Notes: generated by a model not told the origin, from the sequence alone. Shown: positions 29,414-39,056, counted from the stretch's first letter. The stretch is DNA of 64,000 nucleotides from an uncultured Desulfosarcina sp. (GCA_963674945.2 CAXXWQ010000004.1:288001-352000), one strand, 5' to 3'. Made by a program: numbers and translations.

Positions 29414-30667
29414 ATGCCTTCCAAAGACAATCACGACTCTGCAGCACCGCTGCCGATGTCCCGGCGTAGATTTATCCATACGGCAACCCGCATGGGTTTG
29501 GCTGGGATCGGTTCGGCACTGTTTTCCCATGACGTGTGGGCGGGACGGCTCGCCGATTCTTCCACCGAGAAACTGTTTCAAACCGCGCCGGTCGCCCGGT
29601 ACTGGATCTCTTCGAACGCCCCCGACGTTGATTGCACCGCTTGCCATCTTCCCGATGCGGACATCTCCAAAGATGCCACCAAGGCCCATGGCCGGGGAAT
29701 CGTCAAATGTTTGCTTTGCGCCAACGAGTGCATGATCCCACCTGGTGAACGGGGCCGGTGCCGCACCCGATTCAATGATGACGGCCTCCTGAAAAGTCTG
29801 GTGTACGGCCGCCCGGTGGCCGTACATGTGGATCCCATCGAAAAAAAACCCTTCTATCACTACCTGCCCGGATCCAATGCCTTTTCCCTGGCCACTGCCG
29901 GGTGCCCCTTGCAGTGCAAGTTCTGCCAGAATTGGGAAATTTCCCAGGCCCGCCCTGAGGATTTTTCGGGTGACATCGTCTCTTTCCGAAACATTGTCGC
30001 TTCGGCACGAAAAAAGGCGGCCATCATTGCCTTCACCTACAACGAACCAACTGTTTTCACGGAGTATCTTACCGATATCGCCCGCTTTTCGAGGACCGAG
30101 GGGCTAAAAAACGTTCTTGTCTCCTGTGGGTTCATGACCCAAGCGCCACTGACCGAGATGTGTGAGGTATTGGATGCCATAAAAATCGATCTGAAGGGAT
30201 TCTCAACAGCGTTTTACCGTAAGTTCTGCGACGCGGAACTCGCGCCGGTCCTTCGCAGCATCACCCAGGTGGCGAAAAGCGGCGTTCACCTGGAGATCGT
30301 CAATCTGGTTGTGCCCACCCTGAACGATTCGAGTCCCATGTTGACGAACCTGGTGGATTGGATATTGGGCGAGGTGGGGCCTGACGTGCCCGTCCATTTT
30401 ACCCGGTTTCATCCGGACTATCGAATGCTGAACCTTCCTCCCACCCCTCTCGATACTCTCGTGCGGGCCTACGAGATCGCTCGGGAGAAAGGACTTCGCT
30501 ACCCTTACATCGGCAACTGGCCCGGTCATCCTGGAAATCACACCTATTGTCCCAAATGCGGGGAGATCGTGATCCGAAGAACGGGCTTTTTCGTCACGGA
30601 GATTCTTATGGAACAGGGGCTGTGTCGTAAATGCAAGCAACCGATTGCCGGGGTTTGGCGCCGGTAG
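29414..30667 (+). CDS. amrS: AmmeMemoRadiSam system radical SAM enzyme with a twin-arginine signal and a CxxCH motif
   Basis: Motifs DPIEKKPFYHYLPG, GCPLQCKFCQNWEISQ, FTYNEP, KIDLKGF and HFTRFHP. The N-terminus has SRRRFI plus a hydrophobic stretch, and CTACH at 29633-29647. Confidence 0.9.
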   Translation: MPSKDNHDSAAPLPMSRRRFIHTATRMGLAGIGSALFSHDVWAGRLADSSTEKLFQTAPVARYWISSNAPDVDCTACHLPDADISKDATKAHGRGIVKCLLCANECMIPPGERGRCRTRFNDDGLLKSLVYGRPVAVHVDPIEKKPFYHYLPGSNAFSLATAGCPLQCKFCQNWEISQARPEDFSGDIVSFRNIVASARKKAAIIAFTYNEPTVFTEYLTDIARFSRTEGLKNVLVSCGFMTQAPLTEMCEVLDAIKIDLKGFSTAFYRKFCDAELAPVLRSITQVAKSGVHLEIVNLVVPTLNDSSPMLTNLVDWILGEVGPDVPVHFTRFHPDYRMLNLPPTPLDTLVRAYEIAREKGLRYPYIGNWPGHPGNHTYCPKCGEIVIRRTGFFVTEILMEQGLCRKCKQPIAGVWRR

Positions 30668-30727
30668 CGGGCTGAAGGCAAAAATGCAGGAAGGAAAAAG
30701 GATTGGCCATGAAAGTGCTATCTTTTT

Positions 30728-32383
30728 CCTGTTTCCGTGGCACAAAACCTGATTAAAACACTATAACCAATTGATAAAACATATATATTATGGTAATATT
30801 AGGGCACTAAACGCTCACTTCGGAGGTGAAATCAATGCGGCGTCCGATCACCATAAAACACGAGATGGAAAAACTTGCCAGTCATAGCGGATTGATCAAT
30901 ATCGGCGCATTACTTGATGCGATAAATTTCAGGTTCCGTTTCGAAAAGATCAACGGCGTCCATTGTGTAGACCCGAAAATTTCTCATGGTGACATTTTAG
31001 CTTCGATGATTGCTCTCATGAGTATTGGTAAACCTGATTACGATGCGATCGAGATTTTTCGTGAGAAGCAAGAATTTTTCAACAAGGCCATTGGCAATCG
31101 TGCATGCCCGTCAAGCCCGACATTGCGTCAGCGAATCGATTTGATCGGCAACCAAGCCGATAAGCTGATTAAGGATGCAGGCGTTGATTTGGTTCGATCC
31201 TGCGCTCCGGCGATTTCACCCATCCAAACCAGTGCGGGTGATTTCCTTCCTTTGGATATGGATGTGAGTCCGTTTGACAACTCAAAGACTCAAAAGGAAG
31301 GCGTTTCCAGAACCTACAAAGGCACGGATGGCTTCGCTCCGATCTTTGCCTACCTGGGCACCGAGGGGTATCTGGTGAATCTTGAGTTCAGAGAAGGAAA
31401 ACAACACTGCCAGAAAAACACCCCCGAATTTATCAACGCCACCTTGGATTATGCCAGGCAAATTACCGATCAGCCTATTTTGATGAGGTTGGATTCAGGA
31501 AACGACAGTCAAGACAACTTTCCTGACGATTCACGAAAGAATGTCCACTTTATCATCAAACGCAATTTGCGTAGAGAATCTGTTCAAAAGTGGGTTGATC
31601 TGGCAAAAAAATCCGGCAAGCAACAGCATTGCCGCTCAGGAAAATGTGTATGGATCGGAAAGACGATTGAAGACATCAACGGCAATCCATTGCGCTACCC
31701 AATCATCTTTGAGGTTACCGAAAGGCATACCAAAAAGGGCCAAGTACTGCTGTTCCCCGAGTATCAGATCGATACCTATTGGTGCAGCCTCGCACAGTTG
31801 CCACCGGATGAGGTGATTCGACTTTATCACGATCACGGTACCAGCGAGCAGTTTCACTCCGAACTCAAATCCGACATGGGCCTGGAGCGCTTGCCGAGCG
31901 GTCATTTTTCCACCAATAGCTTGATTCTTCATTTGGCGATGCTGACGTACAACATGCTACGGATTATCGGACAAATCAGCATCGAAGAGAGTGATCCGAC
32001 TGAATTGCCCGGTATACGCCGGAAGAAAGTTACCCGGCGTCGAATCCGGACAGTCATGCAGGACTTGATGTATATGGCCGGTCGATTAGTAACCAGAAGT
32101 AGAAAATGGTACATATCCTTTGGCCAACTCAATCCATTTTCCAAACTGATGGATCGGATTTATCTTCGTCTGAATTTGCTTTCCGCTATGAAGTAGCTAT
32201 AATTTTTAAAAGAACAATTTTACAGGCATTTGCTTGGTGATTTGCTATGGCTAAAGAATGAGAAACAGGAGCAAAATTCCTTCGAAATTTGAAAATAGTG
32301 AGAAAAATTATCAACAAATGATGGTGTGTGAGGCAATCGCCCCGCGCCAATCCTAACAGCAAAAATTAGGCCACTGATTCAGG
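30728..32383 (+). mobile_element. Complete IS1380-family insertion sequence (1656 bp) flanked by TTTTT direct repeats
   Basis: Imperfect terminal inverted repeats CCTGTTTCCGTGGC / GCCACTGATTCAGG. TTTTT at 30723-30727 and 32384-32388. A single transposase ORF. Confidence 0.9.
30826..32196 (+). CDS. IS1380 family DDE transposase
   Basis: Motifs LDMDVSPFDNS, RLDSGND and YHDHGTSEQFHSELKSDM. 456 aa, intact. Confidence 0.92.
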   Translation: MKSMRRPITIKHEMEKLASHSGLINIGALLDAINFRFRFEKINGVHCVDPKISHGDILASMIALMSIGKPDYDAIEIFREKQEFFNKAIGNRACPSSPTLRQRIDLIGNQADKLIKDAGVDLVRSCAPAISPIQTSAGDFLPLDMDVSPFDNSKTQKEGVSRTYKGTDGFAPIFAYLGTEGYLVNLEFREGKQHCQKNTPEFINATLDYARQITDQPILMRLDSGNDSQDNFPDDSRKNVHFIIKRNLRRESVQKWVDLAKKSGKQQHCRSGKCVWIGKTIEDINGNPLRYPIIFEVTERHTKKGQVLLFPEYQIDTYWCSLAQLPPDEVIRLYHDHGTSEQFHSELKSDMGLERLPSGHFSTNSLILHLAMLTYNMLRIIGQISIEESDPTELPGIRRKKVTRRRIRTVMQDLMYMAGRLVTRSRKWYISFGQLNPFSKLMDRIYLRLNLLSAMK

Positions 32384-33917
32384 TTTTTGTTTATTGGCCA
32401 TTTTTCTCACTGTTTCAACTGGCATATGCACCGACCTCGAAGGGCGGTTTGAAACCGCCATTCGAAAACCGGCGGCGGCGGGGGCCTTCTACGCCGAATC
32501 CCCCCATTGGCTGACGGCCGGAATCAAGGCACTCCGGGAATCGGCGGTGGCGCCGTTTCCCGGAAAACCGGTGGCCATCATCTCTCCCCATGCGGGTTAT
32601 ATCTATTCGGGTCAAATCGCCGCGGATGCCTTCAACCAGGCCGCTGGTCACGACTATGATCTTGTTGTACTGCTCGGCACCAATCACACCACGGCCGGAT
32701 TTAACGGCATCTCCATCTATGCGGGGAAGGGATATGAAACGCCGCTGGGCATCGCGAAAATCGATAAATCCGTCTCTATGGCGCTGCTGAACGCGGATGA
32801 TCGTTTCATCTTTCTCGAATCGGTTCATCAAAAAGAGCATTCCATCGAGGTGCAGGTTCCCTTCGTGCAACTGTTTTTTCCAAATACGCCCATCGTTTCT
32901 GCCATCGTGGGCACCGACGATCCAGGGCTTTGCATCCGGTTCGGCAAGATTCTTGCCGATGTGATCAAAACGCGCAACGCATTGATCGTTGCCAGCACCG
33001 ATCTTTCTCACTACCCCGAATACGAGGATGCCGTTGCCGTTGACCGTGAGACCATCGCTGCCATTGTTACGATGGACATTTCCGAAATGGCGCGCACCTT
33101 TGGTGATCCAAAGAAGGGCCGCGTAAAAGAGCTCTATACACGGGCATGCGGAAGTGCGCCGGTTTTCGCCGCCGTGGCGGCATCCAGGGCAATGGGGGCG
33201 CATTGTGCCCGACCGGTTTCCTATGCCAACTCGGGGGACGCGAGTATCGGTGATCCGTCAAAGGTGGTTGGATATGCCGCCATGGCCTTTTATCCCGGGA
33301 AGCCATGTTCACCTGCCACCTTGCAAACGGGGGGAAATGACACTGCCAATATTGATCTGCAAAAAGATCGCCCCATAGACCGTGCCGGGCAGGTGGCGCT
33401 TCTCGCCTTTGCCAGAAAAACAATTGACCAGTATTTGCGATCGAAAACAGTACCGCTTCCCCGGGGATTCGATCCACAACTACACCAACGCAGGGGGGCG
33501 TTCGTCACCCTTCATAGCGAGGATCGGTTGCGGGGCTGTATCGGGAAAATGACAGGGGACCGACCCCTGTGCAGTGTCGTGGGGGCCATGGCACTCCAGG
33601 CGGCTTTCAATGATCGGCGGTTTAGACCCGTCACACCCGACGAATTCGAGAACATTACCATCGAAATTTCCGTCCTGACCCCGTATCGGACGGTGGATGG
33701 CGTAGCCGATATTCGGGTCGACCGGGATGGCGTGGTATTGCACAAGGGCGGTCGATCCGCCGTCTTTCTGCCCCAGGTCGCTACAGAACAAGGGTGGACC
33801 AGGGAACAAATGCTGGAACGACTCTGCATGAAAGCGGGACTTACGCAAAAGTGCTGGACCAGCGGCGCCCGATTCGAGACGTTTCAGGCACAAGTGTTCG
33901 GCGAGTAAAAAAAACTG

Positions 33918-34032
33918 CAGAAATCAGGAGCCAGGAGCCAGAATGAATCTGAGTCGCTTCGCTCCGTCGATTGGATAATATGGATCGAGCCGAAGGCGAA
34001 TACCAGATTCTGGATTCTGACTTCTGGATTCT
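33918..34032. repeat. Inverted element with heptamer-repeat arms and a central hairpin
   Basis: Left arm CAGAAAT CAGGAGC CAGGAGC CAGAAT. Right arm ATTCTGG ATTCTGA CTTCTGG ATTCT. Centre TCGCTTCG...CGAAGGCGA. Confidence 0.7.
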
Positions 34033-34101
34033 TGTAACCATCATACGGCAGAGCCAATGAATTCTGAGTTGTTCCAGAGGGCCAGGCTTATGCACTTCAA
34101 T
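34032..34101. repeat. Dispersed ~70 bp repeat, family A, copy 2
   Basis: Matches the reverse complement of 7949..8019. Confidence 0.85.
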
Positions 34102-34113
34102 GGGGCGCTTCGT

Positions 34114-36270
34114 ATGGCCGTCCATCTTCTTCTCCTCGGTTTTATCTCCATTCTCGGACAGGTCGTGATTCTTCGTGAACTCAACGTTGCCTTTTACGGG
34201 GTGGAACTCATCTACATCTTGTCATTGGGGCTCTGGATGTTCTGGACGGCCCTTGGCGCGGTGCTCGGGAAGCTAAAGATGCGGGTAGCCACCGACCTCA
34301 TCGGCGCCGTTTTTCTTCTCTTCTCCATTCTGCTTGTGCTGGATATCGTTTTCATTCGGGCCATGCGAATTGTGTTCGGCGCCGTGCCGGGTACCTACAT
34401 GTCTATCGGCTACCAGTTGGCCTGTGCAGGTTTGAGTCTTTTACCCATTGGAATCTTGCTGGGAGTGCTTTTTCAATGGACCGCCCGCGAATATATGGGA
34501 CGCGGCAAAACCCTTGCCGGCGCGTATGGTCTTGAAAGTGCAGGAGCCGTGATCGGCGGGCTTGTCGCAACGGCGACGTTTTTCATGGGCATCGGCAATC
34601 TGGCTTCCGGCATGATCTGCGCCCTCGCGGCGTCGGTTCTCCTGATGGTGCCGGGCAGCGGTTATGGTAAAAGGGTAAAGGTTGCCGGCATCGTAACGGT
34701 GTTGGGTCTCGCCGTGGGATTAATCTTCTCTCCGGACATCGATCGCTGGTTGACAGGCTTGAATCACCCTACCCTCATCGATTCCAGGGACACACCATAT
34801 GGACGCATCACCATCACGGCGCAGGCGGACCAGCGCATCGGTTTTGTCAACGACGTCTTGTCCCTGGAGACGGAAACCATTGCCGCCGAGGAGTTCGCCC
34901 ATATTGCCGCAATCCAGCGTGACCGGGTCGGGGACGTCCTGATCGCGGGTGGCGGTGTGGACGGACTCGTAGGAGAACTTCTAAAACATCGTCCACGTCG
35001 CATCGACTATGTCGAACTCGATCCTGCGCTCATCGATCTCGCCCACCGGTATTTTCCTCCACGTTTCACCGCCGCATTACAATCAAATCGCGTAAGAGTG
35101 ATCTCAGGTGATCCGAGGAATTTCCAAGACGTCGTATATGATCTGATCATGGTTGGCGCACGGCAACCCTCCTCGGGTCACGCAAACCGGTTCTACACCC
35201 GGGAGTACTTTCAAGACTGCGCCCGACACCTGAAACCGGGAGGCGTTCTGGCCATTCGCCTCGAGTCTCCCGAAAATCTATGGTCTCCCTTTGTCTTGCA
35301 TCGCAATGCCGGTGTATATCATGCGTTACAGACGGCCTTTTCCGATGTGCTGCTGCTTCCCGGTCAAACGCACACACTCATCGCATCCAACACGCTACTT
35401 TCTCGTGATCCTGCACAGTTGAGTCATCGATTCAAACAAAGAGGGATCGGCGCGCGGCTCGTATCTACTCCCTATATCCATTACCTTTACACCAACGATC
35501 GATTTACAGAGGCTGCCCACCGATTGTCGGAAACCCCGGCGACGCCCAATAGCGATACCCGGCCCATGTGTTACCAGTATAGCGCCATGATCTGGATCAC
35601 CAAGTTCTTTCCTGGCCTGATCCACAGTGACCCGAAGCTGTTCGACGCGTTGAACAATCCATTGTGTATCGGTATCGTGCTGATGCTCTGCTGCGGTCTG
35701 TTCTATGGAACGGGACGACGAAAAAAATCAGGTGCCATTGTGGCGGTTTTTTCAGGCGGCTTTATTGGCATGTCCTTGGAATCCATGATTATCCTCTACT
35801 ATCAAGGTAAATGCGGCGTGCTGTATCAAAATCTCGGCATCCTTTTGATGGTGTTCATGGCAGGCCTTTGCGCAGGGGCGTTCATCATGGACAAATATTT
35901 TTCTCCTGAATGCCAGGGTCGGTTCCGAAATACCGCGGCGATGCTGTTTTTATCATTCACTGTGCTCAATATCCTATTTCTCACCCTCATCCGTTTCAGT
36001 TTGCCTGCCGGGATCACCGTCATGTCCGCGTTTCTCTTCGTAACCGGCTTGCTGGTTGCCGCCATATTCTCCCTGGCAGGGTTTGGGGAAAAAGCGGATC
36101 CGACCCGATGTATTTCTCCGCTTTATGCCGCCGATCTAGTGGGCGGATGCCTCGGAGCGCTTCTGGCAACCCTGATCTTAATTCCGTTTTGGGGGATGCA
36201 ACGCAGCGCCGGGATCCTTGCCCTGCTATCGCTGATTTCTTTATTCTCCATTCGGGATTTTTCGACCTGA
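34114..36270 (+). CDS. Multi-pass membrane protein with a spermidine-synthase-like SAM-binding domain (start uncertain: 34057, 34090 or 34114)
   Basis: N- and C-terminal transmembrane blocks (YGLESAGAVIGG, LYAADLVGG) flank DTPYGRI, VLIAGGG, YVELDP and FYTREYF..LKPGG. Confidence 0.82.
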   Translation: MAVHLLLLGFISILGQVVILRELNVAFYGVELIYILSLGLWMFWTALGAVLGKLKMRVATDLIGAVFLLFSILLVLDIVFIRAMRIVFGAVPGTYMSIGYQLACAGLSLLPIGILLGVLFQWTAREYMGRGKTLAGAYGLESAGAVIGGLVATATFFMGIGNLASGMICALAASVLLMVPGSGYGKRVKVAGIVTVLGLAVGLIFSPDIDRWLTGLNHPTLIDSRDTPYGRITITAQADQRIGFVNDVLSLETETIAAEEFAHIAAIQRDRVGDVLIAGGGVDGLVGELLKHRPRRIDYVELDPALIDLAHRYFPPRFTAALQSNRVRVISGDPRNFQDVVYDLIMVGARQPSSGHANRFYTREYFQDCARHLKPGGVLAIRLESPENLWSPFVLHRNAGVYHALQTAFSDVLLLPGQTHTLIASNTLLSRDPAQLSHRFKQRGIGARLVSTPYIHYLYTNDRFTEAAHRLSETPATPNSDTRPMCYQYSAMIWITKFFPGLIHSDPKLFDALNNPLCIGIVLMLCCGLFYGTGRRKKSGAIVAVFSGGFIGMSLESMIILYYQGKCGVLYQNLGILLMVFMAGLCAGAFIMDKYFSPECQGRFRNTAAMLFLSFTVLNILFLTLIRFSLPAGITVMSAFLFVTGLLVAAIFSLAGFGEKADPTRCISPLYAADLVGGCLGALLATLILIPFWGMQRSAGILALLSLISLFSIRDFST

Positions 36271-36407
36271 CTTCGAGATAATGGCCGCCGTTACACCCGT
36301 GAGAGACATTTACTGAGCCTTTTGAATTCAGACCATGGACCATAATTGTATTCCCATCGGCTGATAAACCTTGACACAGAAAGAGAAGCGATCTATGAAA
36401 CGCTGCA

Positions 36408-36625
36408 TAGTATCAAGGTGCCGGGTTCGATGAAGAAAAAGTGGGTAACGACCGTTTCTCTGTCGGACGGGCTTAATAGGGAATCCCGTAAAATCGGGAG
36501 CGGTCCCGCCGCTGTAATCCCCGCCAGTTCATGGTAACCTTTGCAGCATGGTGTGCCACTGTCAGCCGTTGGCCTGATGGGAAGGCAGTTGCAAGGGGGG
36601 GTGAGCCAGAAAACCTGCCTTGAAC
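36408..36625 (+). ncRNA. Cobalamin riboswitch
   Basis: AGGTGCC...TAATAGGGAATCCCGTAAAATCGGGAGCGGTCCCGCCGCTGTAA, GCCACTG, GGGAAGGC and GAGCCAGAAAACCTGCC. Confidence 0.95.
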
Positions 36626-36697
36626 ATGGCGCGGAACAGACTGCGGTGCATCGGGCTTTCCGTCGACAGCCGGCAAAGGGTCAAGTAAACAGGGTGC

Positions 36698-36735
36698 AGC
36701 CCTTTGAACCAAAATGGTTCAAAGGGTTTTTTATT
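36698..36735 (+). terminator. Riboswitch-controlled intrinsic terminator
   Basis: CCCTTTGAACC-AAAAT-GGTTCAAAGGG followed by TTTTTT. Confidence 0.85.
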
Positions 36736-36832
36736 GCCAGACGGCTCGGTTGTTATTTGAACATCGGAATGCAGATGCAGCAGTTTCTGATCCAACACCA
36801 CAATCTCACATTGAAAATGGAAAGGAGGTCAT

Positions 36833-37241
36833 TTGCGATTGGGGAAAAAGAGGAGCAATTGGGCTGCGTTTTGGATTATTCTATCGGTTTTTGAACAAAT
36901 CCGATGATACGGCATTCAGACGGAACCGGTACTATGACAAGGAGACCTGCCGTATCGCCCCGGTGGCAGGCAACGGTATCCGCCGAATACCGCCCCATTC
37001 ACCGTTTCGCGATTTCCGGAGAAATGATCTACAGAGACGAAATTTATTCGGGCCATCGAATTTTGAAGCGACAAAACTCGAGGAGGCCCTGGTGTTCAAT
37101 CTATCGGCCAGTGTTTTCCTGGGCAAGGGATGGCAGGTGGTCGTCGATGCCGAAAACCTGACCGATGATCGAAGTGTGGATCGCTGGGGTTATCCCAAAC
37201 CCGGGCGTGGGTATTGCATTACCGTCAAGTGGGGATACTAG
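36833..37241 (+). pseudogene. Internally deleted TonB-dependent receptor (BtuB-like) remnant
   Basis: AAAGGAGG plus TTG starts a signal-like peptide (MRLGKKRSNWAAFWIILSVF). It joins directly to frameshifted C-terminal barrel strands (LPYRP, ENLTD...GYPKPGR...VKWGY). Confidence 0.75.
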
Positions 37242-37355
37242 GCAAGTATCCATCCGACAATCACCCGCATCGTACAGACGATTGGCTTTTCGGTAAAAAA
37301 TGGATGGATTGAATAAAACGAGATTTGATTACAATGAAAGAACAAGAGGGAAAAA

Positions 37356-38249
37356 ATGATGAGATTGAAACGATGGCTGGGTCTTTTGATTGGTGTGATT
37401 TTTCTGATGGTTTCTGCAAACGTTTTTGCTTCCGCAAGTCATGGAGATGAATCGCCCAAAAAAGTTGGCATTCTTCTGGTGGCTTTTGGATCCAGTGAGG
37501 CATCGGCCCAGGTTTCGTTCGAGAATATCGATAAAAAAGTAAAGGAGGCCTTCCCTGACATTCCCGTTCGTTGGGCGTATACATCCTATATCATCCGTGA
37601 AAAACTCGCCCGGCAGGGTAAACAACTGGATTCTCCGGAAGTTGCCTTGGCAAAAATGCAGGATGAGAAATTTACACATGTGGCGGTTCAGTCTCTTCAC
37701 ACCATCGGTGGTGCGGAATACCATGATTTACGCCGCACGGTTGGTGCATTCAAAGCGATGGGTGGGTTTCAGAAAATCGTTTTGGGTTATCCGTTGATCG
37801 CAACGCAAGAAGACATGGAAAGGGCCGTTGATGCAATCTTGACGAATATTCCAAAGCAGCGTAATAAAAAGGAAGCTGTCGTATTGATGGGACATGGCAC
37901 CCATCATCCTTCCAACGCCTTCTATGCTGCCTTGATGTTCCAACTTCAGCTCAAGGATCCGAATGTTTTTGTAGGCACTGTGGAAGGATACCCCGGTCTC
38001 GATCTGTTGATTGAACTGATGCAGCAAAAAAAAATAAAGAAAGCCTATCTGATACCCTTCATGTCCGTGGCCGGCGATCATGCCAAAAATGACATGGCCG
38101 GTGATGAAGACGACTCATGGAAGTCAATCCTGACCAAAGCGGGAATCAAATGCGAAGTCGTTCTCAAAGGTACCGCCGAATATGATGATTTCGTCGACAT
38201 CTGGGTTGATCATGTGAAAGAGCCGCTGAACCATTTTACTGTAGACTGA
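37356..38249 (+). CDS. cbiK: Sirohydrochlorin cobaltochelatase with a signal peptide (periplasmic CbiK type)
   Basis: Motifs ILLVAFGSS, QSLHTIGGAEY, MGHGT, GTVEGYP and PFMSVAGDHAKNDMAG. N-terminal Sec-type signal. Confidence 0.93.
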   Translation: MMRLKRWLGLLIGVIFLMVSANVFASASHGDESPKKVGILLVAFGSSEASAQVSFENIDKKVKEAFPDIPVRWAYTSYIIREKLARQGKQLDSPEVALAKMQDEKFTHVAVQSLHTIGGAEYHDLRRTVGAFKAMGGFQKIVLGYPLIATQEDMERAVDAILTNIPKQRNKKEAVVLMGHGTHHPSNAFYAALMFQLQLKDPNVFVGTVEGYPGLDLLIELMQQKKIKKAYLIPFMSVAGDHAKNDMAGDEDDSWKSILTKAGIKCEVVLKGTAEYDDFVDIWVDHVKEPLNHFTVD

Positions 38250-38273
38250 TGTTGAATTTTAGAAAGAAAGAAT

Positions 38274-39056
38274 ATGAACAACCACGATAACCATCCCATC
38301 CTGTTTTGCGGTGCCGGTCCGGGTGACCCGGAACTGATCACGGTGAAAGGGATGAAGGCGCTTGGGGAAGCTGACCTTGTTGTATACGCAGGATCCCTGG
38401 TTCCGGAAGCGGTCTTGCGTTGGACATCGAAGGAAGCGAAACGAGTGAGTAGTGCGGGCATGAACCTGGATCAAATCATGGCCAAACTGGTTAAGGGCTA
38501 TTACAATGGCCTTAAGGTGGTCCGTCTGCATACGGGAGATCCGAGCCTGTACGGTGCCATCCGGGAGCAGATAGAAGTTCTCCTGGAAAACGAAATCCCC
38601 TACAAAGTCATTCCCGGCGTAACCTCAGCGTTTGCCGCAGCAGCATCCCTGGGAATCGAGTATACCGTGCCGGAAGTGACCCAGACGCTGATTTTTACAC
38701 GGATGGCGGGTCGCACCCCGGTTCCGGAAACGGAGAATCTGAAAGCCCTGGCATCCCACGGCGCATCCTTGGCCATTTATCTGAGCATGGCATTGATCGA
38801 TGAGGTTTCCCGCATCCTTTCCGAAACTTACGGAAGCGACACCGCCTGCGCCATCGCCTACCGGGTGAGCCACCCGGAGGAGAACATCATCAGGACGACG
38901 GTGAGGAGGCTTTCGGAAGAAACAAAAAAAGCCGGGATTGACCGCTTGGCCGTGATTCTCGTGGGACCGGCACTCGAGCCGTTTTCCCTATCGGGAAATC
39001 TGCGTTCCAAGCTCTACGATAAGGGATTCTCCCATGGCTACCGTACGGGGAAATGA
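38274..39056 (+). CDS. cbiF: Precorrin-4/cobalt-precorrin-4 C11-methyltransferase
   Basis: Motifs GAGPGDPELITVKG, YAGSLV, RLHTGDPSLYGAIREQ, QTLIFTR and SKLYDKGFSHGYR. Confidence 0.95.
   Translation: MNNHDNHPILFCGAGPGDPELITVKGMKALGEADLVVYAGSLVPEAVLRWTSKEAKRVSSAGMNLDQIMAKLVKGYYNGLKVVRLHTGDPSLYGAIREQIEVLLENEIPYKVIPGVTSAFAAAASLGIEYTVPEVTQTLIFTRMAGRTPVPETENLKALASHGASLAIYLSMALIDEVSRILSETYGSDTACAIAYRVSHPEENIIRTTVRRLSEETKKAGIDRLAVILVGPALEPFSLSGNLRSKLYDKGFSHGYRTGK

Larger units (their letters stand above)
30709..33908 (+). pseudogene. AmmeMemoRadiSam protein B (MEMO1-like) / protein A (AMMECR1) fusion, interrupted by IS1380 in its signal peptide; coding body 32394..33908 remains open
   Basis: MEMO motifs PHAGYIYSG, EHSIEVQVPF and ASTDLSHY. 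AMMECR1 motifs GAFVTL, LRGCIG, DRRF, EISVLTP and LPQVA. Removing the IS restores MKVLSFCLLAIFLTVSTGIC from ATG 30709. Confidence 0.85.
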
